Shown in pieces: positions 58,932-64,000 of a stretch of 64,000 nt of DNA; positions within the stretch are counted from its first letter, which is position 1, and every line of letters starts with the position of its first letter. Under the pieces are notes generated by a model, which was given only the letters and a program-made list of their open reading frames with translations, had not been told where the DNA came from and searched no databases. The stretch spans positions 1,344,001 through 1,408,000 of the forward strand of contig CAVWPA010000003.1 in the NCBI GenBank assembly GCA_963756875.1, given 5' to 3'. A program made the position numbers and the translations under genes. The DNA comes from an uncultured Verrucomicrobiae bacterium (lineage in GTDB: Bacteria > Verrucomicrobiota > Verrucomicrobiia > Chthoniobacterales > UBA10450).

Positions 58932-59855
58932 TTAGTTGTCGTTCACCTGCTGCAAAGAGGTTCCGAAATCCTTTGAGGCGTACGCGCGGAATTTTTCGCC
59001 GAGCATCGAGAGGTTTGCGAATTTTCCGGCGTAGAAGCTAGAAAGGGCCGTTTCGAGTGGTTGATGACGCCCGAGCGCATCGAGTAAAGCGAGGAAGCTC
59101 GGCTTGTCTGTTCCAGCGAGAAAACGCACCAGACGCTCCGATTCGTCATAAAAGGTTTTTACATGATCGGACGGCGGCTGCGTCATTGCGGTCAGGGTCG
59201 ATAACGGAATGAAATCCTGCCCGGCAATCGCTTCCGAGCGCGGTTTGGCAAGGTAACCGCGGGCGCGTTGATAGCTGGAGTGCGCGTTCTTGGAAATGTA
59301 TTGCGCGAGCCCTTCGTCCAGCCAGCACGGAATGCCTTCGGTATAAAAACGGTGCAGAACGAGATGAACAATCTCGTGTCCGAGAAGATTACCGCTGAAT
59401 TTGTAAGCCGGATTGCGCTGGATAAAAAGACTTCCAGCCGAGTGAATGCCGCCGGTCCACGGTTCCAGTTTGCCGTGCTTTTGAAATTCGTGCCAATCCT
59501 GCGGCTGTTCGAAAATGTAGATGTGCGATTTGATATCGCCGGCCGGCTGATCGCGCTCCAATTCTTTTGCGATCACACGGTAATCAAACTCGGCTTCCAC
59601 GGAAACTGGCGTCGCCACATAACCATGCACGAAATGATAAATGAAATGTTCGGTTTCGCCGTGTTTCCATTGCTCCGGATGGATTGCGAGCGCCTTTGTG
59701 CCAAGCGGATTGGGATCGGTCTGGCTCAATTGCGAAAACTCGACCTCGGGAAGGGAATCGAGTCCGGTGACCGGCATATCTTGCGCCGCCAGCGGCACGA
59801 TCGGCAGAGAGAGTACAAACACCGTCGCGGCTGCGTAATCGAGGAGCGATCGCAT
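58932..59855 (-). CDS. Secreted zincin (peptidase MA-like) protein
   Basis: WKHGETEHFIYH, GHEIVH, WLDEGLAQY. Confidence 0.75.
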   Translation of the reverse strand: MRSLLDYAAATVFVLSLPIVPLAAQDMPVTGLDSLPEVEFSQLSQTDPNPLGTKALAIHPEQWKHGETEHFIYHFVHGYVATPVSVEAEFDYRVIAKELERDQPAGDIKSHIYIFEQPQDWHEFQKHGKLEPWTGGIHSAGSLFIQRNPAYKFSGNLLGHEIVHLVLHRFYTEGIPCWLDEGLAQYISKNAHSSYQRARGYLAKPRSEAIAGQDFIPLSTLTAMTQPPSDHVKTFYDESERLVRFLAGTDKPSFLALLDALGRHQPLETALSSFYAGKFANLSMLGEKFRAYASKDFGTSLQQVNDN

Positions 59856-59897
59856 CGCCCATAATGAAGCTAATCCTGTGCGAGCGGCGTTGTGTTC

Positions 59898-60011
59898 CGG
59901 GTAGCGCACGCGTCCTCGCGTGCTGGTTTTGGCGTCTCGCCAAAACAATCTTCGGAAAAGGTCGCGATCGCGGGACGCAATCGCCAGCACGCGAGACGCG
60001 TGCGCTACCCG
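59898..60011. repeat. REP-like palindromic element
   Basis: CGGGTAGCGCACGCGTC...GACGCGTGCGCTACCCG. Confidence 0.8.
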
Positions 60012-60020
60012 AACCTTCCC

Positions 60021-62283
60021 CTACACCCGCGACCGGCGGCGGCCGGAGTTGCGCGTGTATTTTACCGGTTTGCGCTTCGGCTCGATCCTGTCGATGCCAG
60101 TCCCGCTTTTCACTTCCATGATTTGGTCGCGCAAAAGTGCGGCGCGTTCGAATTCGAGATTCGCCGAGGCGTGCTGCATTTCTTCTTCGAGCTCGCGCAA
60201 CAGCTCCGTCACATTGAAATCGGCGCCGCTCTCGCGAATGACCGAAGCTTCCACTTCGCGCCCCCGCAGGATTGTGTGCAGACTTTCCTGGACAGCGCGA
60301 CGGACAGTTTGTGGCGTGATGCCATGTTTCTCGTTGTACTCCATCTGCCTGGTACGCCGGTATTCGGAGATCGATATCAGCGCTTCCATGCTTCGAGTGA
60401 CCTGGTCCGCGAACAGCACCACCTCGCCATTGATGTGCCGCGCGGCGCGTCCCGCGGTTTGGATCAACGATGTCTGGCTGCGCAGAAAGCCTTCCTTGTC
60501 GGCATCGAGGATGCAAACGAGCGAAACCTCGGGGAGATCGAGACCTTCGCGAAGCAGATTGATGCCGACGAGAATGTCGAATTCGGCGGCACGAAGGCCA
60601 CGCAGGATCTCCACGCGCTCGATTGTGTCGATGTCGCTGTGCAGATAACGCACCTTCAATCCGACGTCGCGCAGATAATCGGCAAGATCTTCAGCCGTCC
60701 GTTTCGTCAGGGTGGTAATGAGGACGCGCTCGCCTTTTTCGACGCGTTGACGGCAAAGCTCGATCGTGTCGTCGATTTGGTTTTTCAGCGGCTTGATCGT
60801 GATCCTTGGATCCAGCAGTCCGGTCGGCCGAATGATTTGTTCGACCACCAGCGGCGCGCCTGGCGTATGAACATCGAATTTTTCCGGCGGTTCGTCCGTG
60901 CGTGAAATCTGCGTTTCCGGATTGGACGTTGGACGTTGGACGTTGGGCGTTGGCCTCTGGCTCGGAGAAGCCGACGACTCGGAGAGGCGTTTTCCGCCTG
61001 GAAGGAGAAACGGCACCGGCTCGTCCCGCCCAATCCGTTGTCTTTTGTGCGGAACGTATCCTTTGTTTCCAACCACGCTGTTTTGAATCTCGAACTCAGC
61101 CGGGGTCGCGCTGACGTAGATGTTCTGATTCGTTATTTTCATGAACTCGTCGAAGTTCAGCGGCCGATTATCGAGCGCGCTCGGCAGACGAAACCCGTAT
61201 TCGACCAGCACCGTCTTGCGCGAGCGGTCGCCCTCGTACATCCCGCCGATTTGCGGAATGGTGGCGTGCGATTCGTCGACAACGACGAGAAAATCTTTTG
61301 GGAAGAAATCGATGATCGTGTATGGCTTCGAGCCGGGCGGCCGGCCGGACAGGTGTCGCGAGTAATTCTCGATGCCGTTGCAAAATCCCATTTCCTGCAA
61401 CATTTCGAGATCGTACTCGGTGCGCATCCGGAGCCGTTGCGCCTCGAGGAGCTTGTTTTGCGACTCCAACTGCACAATGCGTTGCTCAAGCTCTTCGCGA
61501 ATGGAGCGCAGGGCGCGATTGAGTTTGTCGGCCGGGGTAACGAACTGTTTTGCCGGGTAAAATGTAAGCACGCTGAGCGATTCGTGTGCGTGGCCGGTGA
61601 GGGGATCGAACCGGGTAAGAGCGTCGATCTCGTCGCCGAAGAACTCGATTCGAATCGCTTCTTCATCGGCTGTAGCCGGATACACCTCGACCACATCGCC
61701 GCGCACGCGGAATTTTCCGCGCGTGAAATTCATGTCGTTGCGCTCGTACAACATGTCGATCAAACGGCCGAGCACCGCTTCGCGGCCGATGTGCTGGCCG
61801 CGTTTTACGGTGAGCAACATGTTTAAATAATCTTCCGGCGAGGTGATGCCGTAAATGCATGAGACACTGGCTACAACGATGGTGTCGCGGCGGGAAAGGA
61901 GCGCGCTGGTCGCAGCGAGCCGGAGCCGCTCGATCTCTTCATTAATGGACGAGTCTTTTTCGATGTACGTGTCCGAGCGCGGGATATACGCTTCCGGCTG
62001 GTAATAGTCGAAATAGCTGACGAAATATTCCACCGCGTTCTGTGGAAAGAATTGCTTGAACTCGGAATAAAGCTGCGCGGCCAGCGTTTTGTTGTGCGAA
62101 ATCACCAGGGTGGGCCGGTCGAGCTCGCGAATGACATTGGCGACGGTGAACGTTTTGCCCGAACCGGTCACGCCGAGCAGCGTCTGATGGCGATTGCCGG
62201 CTTCGACCGACTTGAGGAGTTTGGCAATGGCCTGGCCCTGGTCGCCGCGCGGCTTGTAATCTCGATTCAAGCTGAAAAGGCAT
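60021..62283 (-). CDS. uvrB: Excinuclease ABC subunit B (one extra base near 62262; internal insertion)
   Basis: [49 protein letters not shown]; removing one base gives N-terminus [15 protein letters not shown]. Confidence 0.97.
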
Positions 62284-62363
62284 TCACCAACGTAACACCA
62301 ACCCGGGTTACCTGAAAAGGTAGCATCGTTTGGAGGCATCTGCTTCGGTCTGCCGACCAACTG

Positions 62364-62570
62364 ATGCGGCCCACATTCCGCAATCTGAACGGTTCGTTCG
62401 AAAGCCGGGCCTGTCGCAACGGATTGTTAGAACAAATTGCCCTTCTCGAAAAAAAGCGGTTTATGAAACGCGAGTCGGGCGCCGTGGATGCTCGCGTCTA
62501 CCGTCTAACCGCCCACGGCCGTCTGCATGCATTGGGCGGACGTGCTCCGGCTGCCCGGTGGTCGCGCCCG
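62364..62570 (+). pseudogene. Possible PaaX-like regulator N-terminal remnant
   Basis: LEKKRF...VYRLTAHGRLHALGG..P.ARWSRP, ending abruptly where AT-rich DNA starts. Confidence 0.45.
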
Positions 62571-62578
62571 TATTGTTC

Positions 62579-63301
62579 TCATTCATTTTGATCTTTGTAT
62601 CTCGACAAACTGTCAAATGTGTATCCGAAAAGAGCAATTTCCCTTTGGCAAATCTTTTCAATCAATTCTCTCTCTTTTGTGCTTATTACTTCCTGGTAGG
62701 GCCGTTTATCTTTTCGAAATCCTGCTTTGGTCATCGGGAGAGGAGGGATTTCGGGAAACCTAAATTGCTGGCAAATTGCTTCCAACTCCTGTGGCAAGTC
62801 TTCATAAAAGCAGACTCGATCCACAGCTAAATTGTCATTGAGCGTATAAACTGGATAATTCGTTAACTTTGGTAGCTCTTCTGGCTGCTGAAGAAACTCT
62901 TCCAACGGGATTTTTTCTTTGTAAAATGTGGTTGCGAAACTATAACGCGAAATGGCCTTGTCCCACGGATTTCGTTCAAAGCAAAATTTGTAGTAAGTGT
63001 CCCATATTTCTCTGCCTATCCATCTGCGAACGTCATAAGCAGGAATATGGTTGTAGAATCGCCGCCTCTTCCTCTCTCGAAAAGATTGGATCCAATCTCT
63101 CAGGTTATATCGGCTATATGAAACGAAATAATTTTGTGGGCCTCGGTAACCGAGTTTTTTTCGTATCTGCTCATCTTTTCGTGCGATCGGAGTGATCACA
63201 TCATTTTGTCCGCAAAATTTGGATAAGGCGATCTCGATACTTGTGCCAGCAGTCTTACGGGTTTTCAGGAAGATAAATTTATATTTATGTGAAATAATCA
63301 T
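62579..63301 (-). CDS. Sulfotransferase family 2-like protein, AT-rich
   Basis: MIISHKYKFIFLKTRKTAGTSIE, FCFERNPWDKAISRY, DRVCFYEDL, FGYTF. Confidence 0.85.
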   Translation of the reverse strand: MIISHKYKFIFLKTRKTAGTSIEIALSKFCGQNDVITPIARKDEQIRKKLGYRGPQNYFVSYSRYNLRDWIQSFRERKRRRFYNHIPAYDVRRWIGREIWDTYYKFCFERNPWDKAISRYSFATTFYKEKIPLEEFLQQPEELPKLTNYPVYTLNDNLAVDRVCFYEDLPQELEAICQQFRFPEIPPLPMTKAGFRKDKRPYQEVISTKERELIEKICQREIALFGYTFDSLSRYKDQNE

Positions 63302-63730
63302 ATTTCTTCTGTTTTCCTCTTGCAGTGGCTCTCGAACACTTCAAAACCTGGCAGGATTTCAAGAACCAAAAGGTTTTATCGCAAGGGTCGTCAAAACGGT
63401 CGCGACAGCGGTTCCCTTAATTCCCCAGTATTTGGTGAGAAGATAGATCAGGACAGCCAAACCATCAGTGGCGAACATTGATAAAGCCAGGGCAGATTGG
63501 GTTTGCCGGTTGCCTAAAAAGCGGAACCTGGTGTCGCTCCCTCGGATGTTAGCAAGCCCTGCAGTGCAATGATTTGAAGCGAAACAATCATTTGGCATTC
63601 CATATTTTGTTTCATATGCGACAAAAGATGGGAAGATATAAAGCTCGGGTAGCATCGGGCTCCTTACCCTGAAAGCGAAGCTGGCTTTGGTTGTCACATT
63701 TGATACAGGGGAGCTACATTTGCGAGCAGC

Positions 63731-64000
63731 ATGACAGAAGGTCCGGATTCAGACGTCCAGTTAAAGATCGGACACGTCCTGTTCATGGACGTGGTCGGTT
63801 ACTCCACATTGCTCCTCGACGAGCAGCGGGAGCTTCAGGAAGAGCTCGCCCAAATCGTTAAAAATACGGAACAAGTCCGCATCGCGGAAGAAGCCGGCAA
63901 GCTCATTCGGCTTCCCACAGGCGATGGAATGGCGCTCGTCTTCTTTAGTGGCCCGGAAGCGCCGATTCGCTGCGCCGTGGACATCGGCAGCGCATTGAAG
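63731..64000 (+). CDS. Adenylate/guanylate cyclase-domain protein, 5-prime part (runs off window)
   Basis: ATG 63731: IGHVLFMDVVGYS...LPTGDGMALVF...APIRCA. Confidence 0.85.
   Translation, partial: MTEGPDSDVQLKIGHVLFMDVVGYSTLLLDEQRELQEELAQIVKNTEQVRIAEEAGKLIRLPTGDGMALVFFSGPEAPIRCAVDIGSALK

Noticed and set aside
60855..61075. Intein in UvrB
   Set aside because: Too short and lacks N-terminal Cys/Ser block and terminal His-Asn
59892..61826. Plus-strand ORFs of 242-337 aa
   Set aside because: Antisense to uvrB; starts lie inside REP DNA
57569..62360. Track N-terminal extensions of holA, the peptidase and uvrB
   Set aside because: holA and peptidase extensions are translated REP sequence; the uvrB extension results from a 1-nt indel

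Overview
GC-rich bacterial chromosomal segment. Gene content and intergenic repeat style suggest a soil Verrucomicrobium (Chthoniobacterales/Spartobacteria-like); this is inference, not a database result. Core genes: uvrB, holA, aroB, infC, glgP, ymdB-type phosphoesterase, malic enzyme, tRNA-Asp, and an arc-dop pair of the Pup/UBact proteasome pathway. Accessory blocks: a candidate defence island (membrane protein, DNA N-methyltransferase, GHKL/MORC-type ATPase, second putative methyltransferase; 15.5-19.6 kb), hicBA, a YtrA-type GntR/ABC operon, a stress/signalling cluster next to tRNA-Asp, two tandem flavin-dependent halogenase-like genes, a REP-flanked RAYT transposase, and a PEP-CTERM gene followed by an AlkP-TPR-sulfotransferase fusion. 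Signals missed by the ORF track: a peroxiredoxin-like selenoprotein (in-frame UGA in a UxxC motif plus SECIS-like hairpin), a non-AUG start and structured leader for infC, duplicated ArsR and LysR operators, apparently leaderless genes, and intergenic repeats captured in-frame within proteins. Caveats: many single-base frameshifts suggest sequencing error, and the 49.1-53.4 kb block has chimera-like junctions. All calls are from motif reading by eye; no searches were run.
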